This document shows positions 23,337-36,625 of a stretch of DNA of 64,000 nucleotides, in pieces (positions within the stretch are counted from its first letter, which is position 1; each line of letters opens with the position of its first letter). The notes beneath the pieces are model-generated. The model had not been told where the DNA came from, searched no databases, and saw only the letters and a list, made by a program, of their open reading frames with translations. Origin of the DNA: Eledone cirrhosa (lineage: Eukaryota); assembly GCA_964016885.1 (NCBI GenBank), contig OZ024741.1, forward strand, positions 7,378,001 to 7,442,000. The letters are read 5' to 3'. Made by a program: the position numbers and the translations under genes.

Positions 23337-26300
23337 ATGGCTGTCTTAAGAGTAGGTTGTCTAAATGCGCGTGGCCTGGGCTCACCTTGTAAGCAAGCTA
23401 AACTTCTAAGTGACCTCAGGTCACAATGTATAAATGTGATGGTTATTTGCGAGGCCCGGATCAGCAGCATGCGACAGCTAGCCCCCACCTTTGATGACTT
23501 TGAGATGCACGCATCTCTCTGTCAGCCCGGAGGTGGGGTGGGGTTGTCGTTCTGCTGCAAAAACATCTGGGTCTCGCTACACAGACGGTACACTTGGACC
23601 CGGAGGTTCGACCCGTGGTTCTGGACCTTGGCAATGGTGAAGGCGAAGCTTTTAGGCTTGTCGCCGTATACGCCCCTTTTGGGGCAATGCGGTCGGACTT
23701 CTTCCATCGTCTGGAGACTTTTCTAGGGACGTCCCGCTCCTTGCTTTTAGTGGGGGACTGGAATGGTATCCTAGATGCACGTTGGGACTATGTAGGGGCA
23801 TGTCCCGATAGAGGGGGGTGTAACAGCCTTAAGGGGTTAATCGGCCGATTTGACCTGGCCGATAGATACCGACTAGATTTTCCGACTGTGCCAATCTGGA
23901 CTTGGTCAAATAACAGTGGTCAATCTAGATCGTACCTAGATAGGTTCTTAGTTAGAATCAAGGATAGGGACTTTTTAAGTTGTCCAGAAATGCTCATGGT
24001 GGGCTATTCAGACCACAAGTTAGTGACCTGCGTAGTCCACCTTGATAGAACGCATAGGCAGGGGCCCGGTTACTGGAAGCTCAACTTGTCCTTACCGGCA
24101 AGTAGAGCTTACAGGGACCGGATTAGAACCTTAGTTAAGGAGCAGTTGACGGGCGCCATCGTCAACAACAGGTGGTGGGGCTCTCTAAAAAGAGAGATTA
24201 GAGTAGTTTCAATAGGAGTTAGTAAGGAGTTAGCTTCAGATAGAAATAGGAAGGAAAGGGAGTTGGTAGTTAATGTTGAAGAGGCAATGAGAAGCGGCAA
24301 CGTGGCCAGAGTGCAAGCGTCGAGAACGTCTTGAACCAGTTCTTCGACGCGAAACACGAAGGCTGCGTTCTCCGAAGCAAAATACGTGCTCTGGGAAACG
24401 AGGGGACCAAAGCTGTTAGCTGGGCCCGCGTGACAGAAGCGAAAAGTGGGATTAAATCCACTATCCGGTCATTGCGAGACCAGGATGGACGGTTGATCCT
24501 TGAACCTAAGCAAATGTGCGAGGCCTTTCAAAGGCACTTTGCTCAATTGTTCGGGAGAGGCGGGGGGCCGGTTGGGCATGTGGATTTCGGTCCATACCTC
24601 GACGGCCTGCCGCATTTTTCGGACAAGGAAGCGAGGTCCTGCGACGGGCCGATCTCAGCTGCTGAAATAGGGGACGTGCTGAGCCTATGCGGCAAACGCA
24701 AATCTCCAGGGCTCGATGGTCTGCCCTACGAACTATATATTAATATGCCGGACTTGTTCCCCGATCTCCTCGAAGCGGTCTACTGCAACTGGCAACAGAA
24801 CGGGAGAATTCCCTGTTCTGTGACCAAGGGCGTAGTCTCGCTAGTGAGGAAGGACGAGAACAAGGGGGATGACATTAGTAATTTTAGGCCCATAACTCTG
24901 CTAAATGCAGAGTTAAAGATTTTGGCGAAGGTGTTAGCGAAGAGGTTGGCGCTTGTCGTGGGGGGCCTGGTGGGAGATGCGCAGACATGCGCTATCCCGT
25001 CCAGGTCCATCCACGACAACCTCCACCTCATGCGATACATCATAGAGAGGGTTGGGAACGAATCCGGCTTTGGTGGGGCCCTGATAAATTTAGATCAGTC
25101 TAAAGCGTTCGATAGGGTGGACCATGGTTACCTGGATGCGGTGCTAGCGGCGGCTGGGTTCGGACCCGTTTTCAGGGGCTGGATCACTGCCATGCACAGC
25201 AGCCGCATCTGCTCTAGAGTCAAGGTGAACGGCTACCTTTCGGAGCCGTTCGAAATCACCCGCTCCATCCGACAGGGATGCCCTCTCTCCTCCATTCTGT
25301 ATGTATTGGCTCTCGAGCCACTACTGCGGAAGTTGGAGTTGTTGCAGGGCATCCCTTTGGAACCGGGATTGCGCAAAGCGGTGTCGGCCTATGCCGATGA
25401 CGTAACAGTAATGGTGTCAGCCACCTCGGAAATCGAGGCAATCGGCACCTTACTGGAGGAGTACGAAAGGTTGACAGGGGCTAAGCTGAACCGGGAAAGT
25501 CAGTCGCTTTGCACCTCGGCGAGTGGAGGGACAAAGCGATGTCGTGCGACGGTATCGTCGGACGGTGGACGGAGGGCCCGGTGAAGTTGCTTGGGGTCTG
25601 GTTCGGACCGGACCTCCAGGTGGAGAAAAACTGGGGTGAGGTGACGAATAGGGTGTTTGCACTGACGCAGAAGTGGGCCGAGTGCAAACTATCCCTGAAA
25701 GGTCGGGCGGAAAGGCGAACGCTTACATAGCGTCCGTCATCTATTACCGCTTGACTGTCGTGCCTTGCCCGGGTGAGATCCTCGCCAAAATGGAGCGCGC
25801 CCTCTTTTATTTCCTTTGGAAAAAGAGGTCTCCTCTGGTGAGGAGATCCATCTGCTGTCAACACCCTTTGAAAGGAGGGCTGGGGATGCCGTGGCTAAAA
25901 ATGCGTAAACACGCATTGAGGATAAGGCACCTCCAGGTATTCCTCACCGGTCAACCGGTGTGGGCCCCGTTTGTGAGGCGAGCCTTCCCGAGGCTCGTCT
26001 CGCTCACCGAGCTGCAGTCCTGGGTGAAGCAAAGACCGAGAAAACTGGGCGACTGGCACACCGAGTGTGCCAAGGCGCTCACGGCTCTCTGGCAGGCGGA
26101 CCTGGCTATCGACGGAGACTCCACCACGTCATTCTATAGAGGGCTGGTTGTTAGCGGGTGCGACGACGCCCTCGGAGAAACCCTAGGCATGGAGGAGGAC
26201 GAACTGGCCAGTCTATTCGGTAGGACTTTCGGCCCGGGACCTATGGACAACTTCCAGAAGTCCTTGGCCTGGTAGTGCTACCGAGGGGCTCTGCCCGTTC

Positions 26301-26770
26301 GGGATAAGCTCTACAGACACGGGCGCCCGGGTAGGGACCCCTCGAAAAAGATCTGTCCCAGATGCGTGCGCGACGAGGAAACCGTCGCGCACGCATTGGT
26401 GCACTGCCCGGGCGTTGCCGATCTGTGGGGCTATGTCGAACAACTGCTGTCACAGGTGGGACCAATTAGGTTGACCACCGAGTCCATTGTAACGATCAAG
26501 CCGCCTCCCCCCTTCAAAATTGAAGGAGAGGCGGTCTTCCTCTGTGTAATAGCCATGGTAAAAGAGGTTATATGGTGGACGCGTCTGAAAGGGCTGAGGT
26601 CGGACACCTTTCTCTCCGGCCAACAACTGGTCCTTTTCTTCCGATACCATTTCGGAAGAAGGATCAGGATGGAGAGAGAGGTGCTCCACTCCAGCCAGTT
26701 TTATGAAAGGTGGGTGAAAGTTGCGAGAATGGCCCGTGTGAATGGGCCTTCTCTCTACCTCAGCCTGTAG
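23337..26770 (+). pseudogene. Disrupted ORF2 (APE-RT) of copy 2
   Basis: Frameshifts near 23540, 24328, 25497 and 25712, and CAG>TAG at 26273-26275, relative to copy 1. Confidence 0.88.
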
Positions 26771-27364
26771 GTGGAACAGGAAGAAGGGAGCACCCTCTCT
26801 TTGTGCTCCCGTGGAGAAGGGTCGCACATTTTTTTCGGGGGTGTGTGTGACCCCAAAACGATCCCTCCCTATTGAGGACCTTCTTGTTACTATTTTGTTT
26901 GTTATATTTTTCTTACTCGATTTTTATGTAAACTCCCCCCACGCATGTACATGTCCCTTTCTTTTGTGCCCTAGTGGCAAATAAACAGAAATTTGTCTGT
27001 CAAAACACAGTACAAAACACAAAACACATTACAAACATCTGAAGATGGAACTGAAAGTAGACAGAAGAATGTAAGGACAATTCCATAAAGATGTTGAAGA
27101 TATACCAAAGATAAAAGGTGATTATGGATGGCTGTCATATAACACAGATTCTCTCCCTTGCTATTCTTCACCTCAACACACCTCTATAAACTATATTTTA
27201 TTGTATTTCATGTATTTTAATTATTCTATCGGTTTCAGTCGGCAGACTTATGTTGTCTGCTGGTACAAATGTCAGCTTTTCGCCCCAAACTTTCTCCCTT
27301 CCCTACTGGATTGTAGATCAAACCCTAACATTCCCCTGATATAGCATGAGGCATGTTTGAGGGA

Positions 27365-28038
27365 TATTGTGTTGTATTGTGTGTGTTGTGTGTGTTGTGG
27401 TGTGTGTTGTGTTGTGTTGTGTGTGTTGTGTGTGTTGTGTATTGTATGTTGTGTGTTGAGTGTGTTGTGTTGTGTTGTGTTGTGTGTGTTGTGTTGTTCT
27501 GTGTGTTGTGTTGTGTTGTGTGTTTTGTTGTGTGTGTTGTGTTGTGTGTGTTGTGTGTTGTGTGTGTTGTGTTGTGTGTGTTGTGTTGTGTTGTGTTGTG
27601 TGTGGTGTGTGTGTTGTGTGTGTTGTGTGTGTTGTGTTGTGTTGTGTGTGTTGTGTGTTGTGTGTGGTGTGTTGTGTGGGTTGTGTGTTTGTGTTGTGTG
27701 TGTTGTGTGTTGTGTGTGTTGTGTTGTGTGTGTGTTGTGTTGTGTGTGTTGTGTTGTGTGTGTTGTGTGTGTTGTGTTGTGTGTGTTGTGTTGTGTGTGT
27801 TGTGTTGTGTGTGTTGTGTTGTGTGTGTTGTGTTGTGTGTTGTGTGTGTTGTGTTGTGTGTGTTGTGTTGTGTGTTGTGTGTGTTGTGTTGTGTGTGTTG
27901 TGCTGCGTTGTGTGTGTTGCGTTGTGTTGTGTTGTGTGTGTTGTGTTGTGTTGTGTGTGTTGTGTTGTGTGTGTTGTGTTGTGTTGTGTGCGTTATGTGT
28001 TGTGTTGTGTTGTGTGTTGTGTGTTGTGTTGTGTGTAG
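27365..28038. repeat. (GTGTT/GT)n microsatellite
   Basis: Direct reading. Confidence 0.95.
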
Positions 28039-28074
28039 TGTGACATTTCAACATCTCTACGGTTACCTAACAAA

Positions 28075-28285
28075 TAATGATTTAAATAGAAGGCGAATGT
28101 TTTGGGGGTAAGGGAAAATCGATTATATCGATCTCAGTACTTGACTGGTACCTTATTTTATCGATCCCGTAAGGATGAAAGACAAAGTTAACATCAGCGG
28201 GATTTGAACTCAGAACGTAAAGAGGTGTAACTCTATGTCGCGAAGCATGTTGTCCGACTCTCTACTGCTACTGCCAATCCATCGC
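28075..28285 (-). mobile_element. tRNA-derived SINE (family B)
   Basis: Minus strand TGGCAGTAGCAGTAGAG (A-box-like) and GAGTTCAAATCCCG (B box); body shared with copies at 35340-36135 and 43631-44002. Confidence 0.8.
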
Positions 28286-28318
28286 CCTAGTATATATCTG
28301 TATGTATGTATGTATATA

Positions 28319-28850
28319 GGGTCACTTTTGAGTGCTACTGGTAACATGCAACCCAGTACAACCTGTCGCATGGTCGGGTCGTCGGCAACTAAACTGGCAA
28401 CCCCCGCAAGTTTACTTGGTGAGGGGAGTGATTTTGGACACCCTGCAGGACAAAAAACAAAACCTGACAAAAGGACGGCAGAACTCATAAGGGTCAACGG
28501 CCATCCGAAAGTGTGTAAATATGTATATAGACATGTACCGCGCGGTTAAACCACTGGGAGTGAAGGACCCCTAGCCTTTGTCAGGGCATTCTTCTAGGAG
28601 AAGGTAACTCAGGAAACTGGGATAACTCCGATATAAAACCTGTAGCTCAGTAGTTACCGATGATGTTGATCTTTACTACTTTTCGGGTTACAGCTACTGT
28701 CGCTCAGAGAGTGGGATTGGCTCAGTGCACAGTCTTCCTCACTTTAAAATATATCTTCATGCACAGGCATTGCACGATAGAATTAATTAATAATTATCAA
28801 TAATGGTATATTGTGCAATGGTCATACTCGATAACGAGGAGGCAGCCATC
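28319..28850 (+). mobile_element. ~530-bp non-autonomous interspersed repeat embedded in a TATG/TA microsatellite
   Basis: Homologous to 50345-50930; shared start GGTCAC...CTACTGGTAACATG and end CTCGA.AACGAG..GGCAGCCA.C; orientation is nominal. Confidence 0.8.
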
Positions 28851-28984
28851 ATGTATGTATGTATGTGACTATTTGTCTGAATAATTACGTATTATATCAA
28901 CATGACATCCACTTTCTACACCTCCACCTCTCTCACACATTGTAACCCTCACATTCCCTCCTCCCTCACCCACTCTTGACGCCC

Positions 28985-29153
28985 CCCTCTCTCTCTCTCG
29001 CAATCTTTCACTCTCTCTTTCTGTCTCCCTCACTCTGTGTCTCTCTTTCTGTCTCCCTCACTCTGTGTCTCTCTTTCTGTCGCAATATTTCAATCTCTTT
29101 CTGTCTGTCTGTCTCTCTCTTTCTCTCTCTCTTTACTCTCTCTCTCTGCTCTC

Positions 29154-29215
<62 letters not shown>
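28985..29215. repeat. (CT)n-rich microsatellite
   Basis: Direct reading. Confidence 0.9.
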
Positions 29216-29217
<2 letters not shown>

Positions 29218-29594
29218 TCCTTCTGCTCTCACCCTAGACCTCCTCCCTTTCGCTACTCATTCACACAACTCCCACCCCACTCAACCCCTTGTTTAATACA
29301 TTTCTACAAGATGCCGCCCGTCCTCCCCTCAAGCTACTTATGTCGCCGGACAATAGGTGGGGCTTACTACCGCTGCCAACAGCCAAACCAAGGTAAAGTG
29401 GAGAAATTTGGCGAGGGATTATAGCGTGCTTATATTAAGAAGGTGAAGAATGTAATGGCGGCCGATAATTGGGGACCGTTTTACTAAAAAGGGCCACCGT
29501 GGAATAGATGTTAGTGTTAATTAGGGTTTAGAATGTTAAGGAGGTGTCAACTTATAGAATGGTATTAATTCAACCACTTCTCTCAACATACGTA

Positions 29595-30380
<786 letters not shown>

Positions 30381-30549
30381 TACATGTATACGTAAATAAA
30401 CACATATATATGGTTTATATGGTTTATATGTGTGTCGTATTTTGTATGTAGACAATAGTGTTAGTGTGGTGTAGTCAATATATCTATCTTTATAGTTGGT
30501 TTCTATCAGACACTACAGGTGTGATGTCCCTTGGGGGGGAAACTTATCC

Positions 30550-30815
30550 CTCCCTCTCTCTCACTCCCTCCCTCTCTCAACCCCTCTCTCAGCCCCCTCT
30601 CTCACTCCCTCCCACCTCTCAGCCACCCTCTCTCTCAGTCCCTCCCTCTCTCTCAGTCCCCCTCTCTCACTGCCCCCTCTCTCTCACTCCCTCCCTCTCT
30701 CTCTTCCTCCCTCCCTCTCACCCCTCTCCATCTCTCACTCCCTCCCTCTCTCACAGCCCCTCTCTCTCACTCCTCCCCCTCTCTCAACCCCCTCTCTCAG
30801 CCCCCCTCTCTCTCT
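30550..30815. repeat. C/T-rich low-complexity tract
   Basis: Direct reading. Confidence 0.85.
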
Positions 30816-31119
30816 TATTAAACTGTCATTTCACTGTGACATCTGCTATATCTAAACAATTGATATATAATCCAATATATTTTAGATTATCTATTATCAG
30901 TCTAAGCTATTGTTTGTCTTTCACCAGTCGCTCTACCTCCGGCATTCCCTTCTTTTATTATTTTTTTATATCATTATTTTATTATCTTTTCTGCCTGTCT
31001 TTTAATTCTTTTTCTCCAATATATTCTCAAGTGACAGTTTATAGAACTTCTGTTAAACTTCCCCCAATAAATCGTAGTTTCAATCAATCTTAGAGATACA
31101 GAAGGGTGCCGTATGTGCA

Positions 31120-31385
31120 AATGGTTCGTTGGTAATCACAAGGTCCCAGGTTCGGTTTACACAGTGTAGGAATTTAGACAAGTGTCCTTTATCATAGCCT
31201 TATATGGACTCTGAGCCTCACAAATGAAATTGAAGAGACAGATATCGTGTGGAAGCCCATTAAGGTTCCGAGTTCGATTCCACAGTATGGCATGTTAGTG
31301 TCTTATCATAGCCTCAGATCATCACCTGCGCTTTGTAAGTAAAACTAGGTAGACAGAGAGCGCGTGGAAGCCCATTGGATGGATT
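31120..31385 (+). mobile_element. Two tandem degenerate SINE fragments
   Basis: Repeated AAGGT.CC..GTTCG.TT.CACAGT...TATCATAGCCT...CGTGGAAGCCCATT; B-box-like GAGTTCGATTCC at ~31269. Confidence 0.65.
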
Positions 31386-31636
31386 TTACATGCATTTGCC
31401 ATAGCCCCAAATTGCTCACAAGACTTACATGTGAAACAGGGTAGACAGAGGTAGTACAGAAGTCCGTTGATGGATTGTACGTGTAATTCATCATAGTCAC
31501 AAGATCCAATCATGTCACATAGTCAGCCGTGTATATGTTAACTTAAACACCAGACCGTTTCCTTGAATAATGGGGACACTCATAGTAGAAACCGACGGAT
31601 GACCATTTAATAGTTTGTGATACACAGTTCCAATGA

Positions 31637-34391
31637 CTGGACTAGGTCCCTAATAACTGGACTATGGAGCTGTCAGCCTTAACTAGGCCCCTAATAACTG
31701 GACTATGGAGCTGTCAACCTGGACTAGATCCCAAATAACTGGACTATGGAGCTGTCATCCTGGACTAGGTCCTTAAAAACTGGACTGTGGAGCTGTCAGC
31801 CTGGACTAGGTCCCTAATAACTGGACTATGAAGCTGTCAACCTGGACTAGGTCCCTAATAACTGGGCTATGGAGCTGTCAGCCTAGACCAGGTCCCTAAT
31901 AACTGGACTATGGAGCTGTCAGCCTGGACTAGGTCCCTAATAACTGGACTATGAAGCTGTCAGCCTGGACTAGGTCCCTAATAACTAGACTATGGAGCTG
32001 TCAACCTGGACTAGGTTCATAATAACTGGACTATGGAGCTGTCAGCCTCGACTGGATCCCTAATAACTGGACTATGGAGCTGTCAACCTGGACTAGGTCC
32101 CTAATAACTAGACTATGGAGCTGTCAACCTGGACTAGGTCCCTAATAACTGGGCTATGGAGCTGTCAACCTGGACTAGGTCCCTAATAACTGGACTATGG
32201 AGCTGTCAACCTGGACTAGGTCCCTAATAACTGGGCTATGGAGCTGTTAACCTGGACTAGGTCCCTAATAACTAGACTATGGAGCTGTCAACCTGGACTA
32301 GGTCCCTAATAACTGGGCTATGGAGCTGTTAACCTGGACTAGGTCCCTAATAACTGGACTATGGAGCTGTCAACCTGGACTAGGTCCCTAATAACTAGAC
32401 TATTGAGCTGTCAACCTGGACTAGGTTCATAATAACTGGACTATGGAGCTGTCAACCTGGACTAGGTCCCTAATAACTGGACTATGGAGCTGTCAGCCTG
32501 GACTAGGTCCCTAATAACTGGGCTATAGAGCTGTCAGCCTGGACTAGGTCCTTAATAACTGGACTATGGAGCTGTCAACCTGGACTAGGTTCATAATAAC
32601 TGGACTATGGAGCTGTCAACCTGGACTAGGTCCCTAATAACTGGGCTATAGAGCTGTCAGCCTGGACTAGGTCCCTAATAACTGGACTATGGAGCTGTCA
32701 GCCTGGACTAGGTCCCTAATAACTGGACTATGGAGCTGTCAGCCTGAACTAGGTCCCTAATAACTGGACTATGGAGCTGTCAGCCTCGACTGGATCCCTA
32801 ATAACTGGACTATGGAGCTGTCAACCTGGACTAGGTCCCTAATAACTAGACTATGGAGCTGTCAACCTGGACTAGGTCCCTAATAACTGGGCTATGGAGC
32901 TGTCAACCTGGACTAGGTCCCTAATAACTGGACTATGGAGCTGTCAACCTGGACTAGGTCCCTAATAACTGGGCTATAGAGCTATCAACCTGGACTAGGT
33001 CCCTAATAACTGGTCTATAGAGCTGTCAACCTGGACTAGGTCCCTAATAACTGGACTATGGAGCTGTCAACCTGGACTAGGTCCCTAATAACTGGGCTAT
33101 GGAGCTGTCAACCTGGACTAGGTCCCTAATAACTGATCTATAGAGCTGTCAACCTGGACTAGGTCCCTAATAACTGGACTATGGAGCTGTCAACCTGGAC
33201 TAGGTCCCTAATAACTGGGCTATGGAGCTGTCAACCTGGACTAGGTCCCTAATAACTGGACTATGGAGCTGTCAACCTGGACTAGGTCCCTAATAACTGG
33301 ACTATGGAGCTGTCAACCTGGACTAGGTCCCTAATAACTGGGCTATAGAGCTGTCAACCTGGACTAGGTCCCTAATAGCTGGGCTATAGAGCTGTCAACC
33401 TGGACTAGGTCCCTAATAACTGGGCTATAGAGCTATCAACCTGGACTATGTCCCTAATAACTGGTCTATAGAGCTGTCAACCTGGACTAGGTCCCTAATA
33501 ACTGGGCTATAGAGCTGTCAACCTGGACTAGGTCCCTAATAACTGGGCTATAGAGCTGTCAACCTGGACTAGGTCCCTAATAACTGGACTATAGAGCTGT
33601 CAACCTGGACTAGGTCCCTATAACTGGACTATGGAACTGTCAACCTGGACTAGGTCCCTAATAACTGGGCTATGGAGCTGTTAACCTGGACTAGGTCCCT
33701 AATAACTGGGCTATAGAGCTGTCAACCTGGACTGGGTCCCTAATAACTGGACTATAGAGCTGTCAACCTGGACTAGGTCCCTAATAACTGGACTATGGAA
33801 CTGTCAACCTGGACTAGGTCCCTAATAACTGGGCTATGGAGCTGTTAACCTGGACTAGGTCCCTAATAACTGGACTATAGAGCTGTCAACCTGGACTAGG
33901 TCCCTAATAACTGGACTATGGAACTGTCAACCTGGACTAGGTCCCTAATAACTGGGCTATGGAGCTGTTAACCTGGACTAGGTCCCTAATAACTGGACTA
34001 TGGAACTGTCAACCTGGACTAGGTCCCTAATAACTGGGCTATAGAGCTGTCAACCTGGACTAGGTCCCTAATAACTGGGCTATGGAGCTGTCAACCTGGA
34101 CTAGGTCCCTAATAACTGGGCTATAGAGCTGTCAACCTGGACTAGGTCCCTAATAACTGGTCTATGGAGCTGTCAACCTGGACTAGGTCCCTAATAACTG
34201 GGCTATAGAGCTGTCAACCTGGACTAGGTCCCTAATAACTGGGCTATAGAGCTGTCAGCCTGGACTAGGTCCCTAATAACTGGACTATGGAGCTGTCAAC
34301 CTGGACTAGGTCTCTAATAACTGGAGTATGGAGCTATCAGCCTGGACTAGGTCCCTAATAACTGGGCTATGGAGCTGTCAGTCTGGACTAG
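31637..34391. repeat. 41-bp tandem satellite (~67 units)
   Basis: Unit GGACTAGGTCCCTAATAACTGGACTATGGAGCTGTCAACCT; internal CTGGACTA subrepeat at 20/21-nt spacing. Confidence 0.97.
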
Positions 34392-34469
34392 TTACGAGAA
34401 CATTAGTCTGCACATTAGACTTGTCTTTAAATGTATCTCGCCACAGAGCAGTTGGTTGGTATTGGGATG

Positions 34470-35285
34470 ACAGTAACAACAACAACAGTAACAACAGTAA
34501 CAGTAACAACAACAACAGTAACAACAACAACAGTAACAACAACAAAAGTAACAACAACAACAGTAACAACAACAACAGGAACAACAACAACAGTAACAAC
34601 AGTAACAGTAACAACAACAACAGTAACAACAACGACAACAACAAACAGAAGTGATCGTTGAGAATCGGAAACGAGGTTGTGACTAACAAGGACACGCTCT
34701 CTGTAAATGGACAATCGTTATGAATCATTTGTAATTGTCATGTGCAACGATGTTTTAGATAGAGAGGGAGATAGGTTGACGATAGTGAGGTTAGATAGAG
34801 AGGGAGATAGAGAGAGGGTGAGAGAGATAGGGAGAGAGATGATAGTAAGGTTAGAGAGAGAGAGAGAGAGAGAGATGAGAGTGAGGTTAGATGTGAACAA
34901 TCAAGGAAACTATTGCAATTAACTCTCTCACTCTTACCTCTCACTCCCACCCTACAACAGGCTCCCTCTCTCTCCCTCACTCTCTCTGACTATCTCTCTA
35001 TCTCTCTCTGTCTTACTCTATCTATCACTCACACACACACACACGCACACACACACACACACATGCACACACACACATACACACACCAAACACACACACA
35101 AACACACACACAAACACACACACACACACGCACATACACACATACACACATGCACATACACACGCACATACACACCCACACACACGCACACACACATACA
35201 TGCACATACACACACACGCACATACACACACCAAACACACACACAAACACACACACAGACACATACATGCACACACACACACAAT
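34470..35285. repeat. Cluster of (AACAGTAACAAC)n, (GA)n and (CA)n microsatellites
   Basis: Direct reading. Confidence 0.9.
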
Positions 35286-35339
35286 ACAATTGATTGACTA
35301 ACAACAACCACTGAAAGTACAAAGACTACAACATTTAAA

Positions 35340-36135
35340 AGATCTTCTTTCTAAAATGTGCACAAGGCCAGCAAGTTGATGTTGATTATATCGACCCCAG
35401 TACATTACTGGTACTTCATTTTATCGGGTTCGGAAGGATGAAATATAAAGTTGATTCGGGAGGGATTTCAACTGAGAATCTTAAGAGCCAGACCTGCAAA
35501 TCATCCGTAGGGCGCTCTACCAACTCTGCCATTGCCCTCGATCTTAATGGCTTCTGGCACAAGGTCAACAATTTCTGGGGGAGGGAAAAGTCAATTAAAT
35601 TGACCCCAGTACATTACTGGTACTTCATTTTATCGGGTTCGGAAGGATGAAAGACAAAGCTGACCTTGGTGGAATTTGAAACCAGAACGTAGAGGGCCGT
35701 AACACTATGCTGCGAAGCAGGGTGTCTGGCGCTCTACCGATACAGCCAATAATAATTGTTTCTACTTTTGGCACAAGACCAGCAATTACCCCAGTGTATT
35801 ACTGGTACTTTATTTTATCGACCCCGTAAGGATGAAAGGCAAAGTTAACCTCGGCGCGATTTGAACTCAGTTCGTAAAGGGGCGTAACTCTATGCTGCAT
35901 AGCATGGCGTCCGACTCTCTACTGATACTGCCAATAATAATGACTTCTAACATAGTATCTTGGTGGCACAGGAACAAGGAGAGGAGAACGAAACCAGTAT
36001 TTAACTGGTACTTATTTCATCAACTATTGAACAATGAAAAGTAAACTATAGAATGGGATTTGAATTTAGAACATAAAACCTCGTAACTAAATACTGCAAG
36101 ACAAATTTTCCGACGCTCTACCGATTCTGACAGCA
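35340..36135 (-). mobile_element. Four head-to-tail tRNA-derived SINEs (family B)
   Basis: Four ~200-bp units, each with CCAGT...ACTGGTACTT...ATGAAA...TT(T/C)(G/A)A...CTCT..C. Confidence 0.8.
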
Positions 36136-36476
36136 GTGTAAAATTGTCTTAATAATAATAGAGTTTGATTTCTTATCTCTAAACTCAGACAAAACCGTAG
36201 TCTCGGATCCCTCAAACCAATGTTTCATCGAATTTACTGAAGGGCACTACTTCTTTCCTCACCCTAACCTTCTGTTTGAAGAAGAAATTAATTAGTCAGA
36301 GAAGTAAAGCCCACCCATTAACCCTTTCAACTATGCAACCTCTATCACGACAGTCCCTAGTTACAGGTAAACTACTTGTTTTTCTTTATGAAAGAAATAC
36401 GACAGGTCAATCTTTACACAGACCTCTGATGACATTAGGCTCCATTCTATATACGATGGTAGTTATATAATTCCAA

Positions 36477-36625
36477 TTGTGAAGGCGCATGGCTTAGTGG
36501 TTAGAGCATTGGGCTTGCAATCGAAAGGTTGTGAGTTCAATTGTCGGACCGGGTGCTGTGTTGTTTCCTTGAGCAAGACACTTTATTTCACATTGCTCCA
36601 GTTTACTCAGCTGTAGAAATGAGAT
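36477..36625 (+). mobile_element. tRNA-derived CORE-type SINE (family A)
   Basis: A box TGGCTTAGTGG, B-box-like GAGTTCAATTG, then CCTTGAGCAAGACACTTTATTTCACATTGCTCCAGTTTACTCAGCTGTAGAAATG resembling the MIR/CORE domain. Confidence 0.82.

Larger units (their letters stand above)
21367..26993 (+). mobile_element. Full-length Tx1-like retrotransposon, copy 2 (ORF2 disrupted)
   Basis: Near-identical to copy 1, starting 5619 bp downstream; ends AATAAACAGAAATT then TGTCTG at 26994-26999. Confidence 0.95.

Noticed and set aside
15748-26993. LTR retrotransposon or LTR-like direct repeats
   Set aside because: The repeats are whole-element tandem copies; the APE-RT architecture has no protease or integrase
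27222-27265. Additional hammerhead (minus: hairpin GCAGAC/GTCTGC then GAAACCGATA)
   Set aside because: No CUGANGA box or stem I partner; at most a remnant
31637-34391. CRISPR-like array (also considered for the 40-mer at 55481-64000)
   Set aside because: No unique spacers, no cas genes, eukaryotic context
36424-36470. CTGATGA as hammerhead core
   Set aside because: No downstream stem II and GAAA at suitable spacing
36477-36550. Functional tRNA gene
   Set aside because: A/B boxes are present but there is no convincing cloverleaf or T-run terminator, and it continues into a CORE-like SINE body
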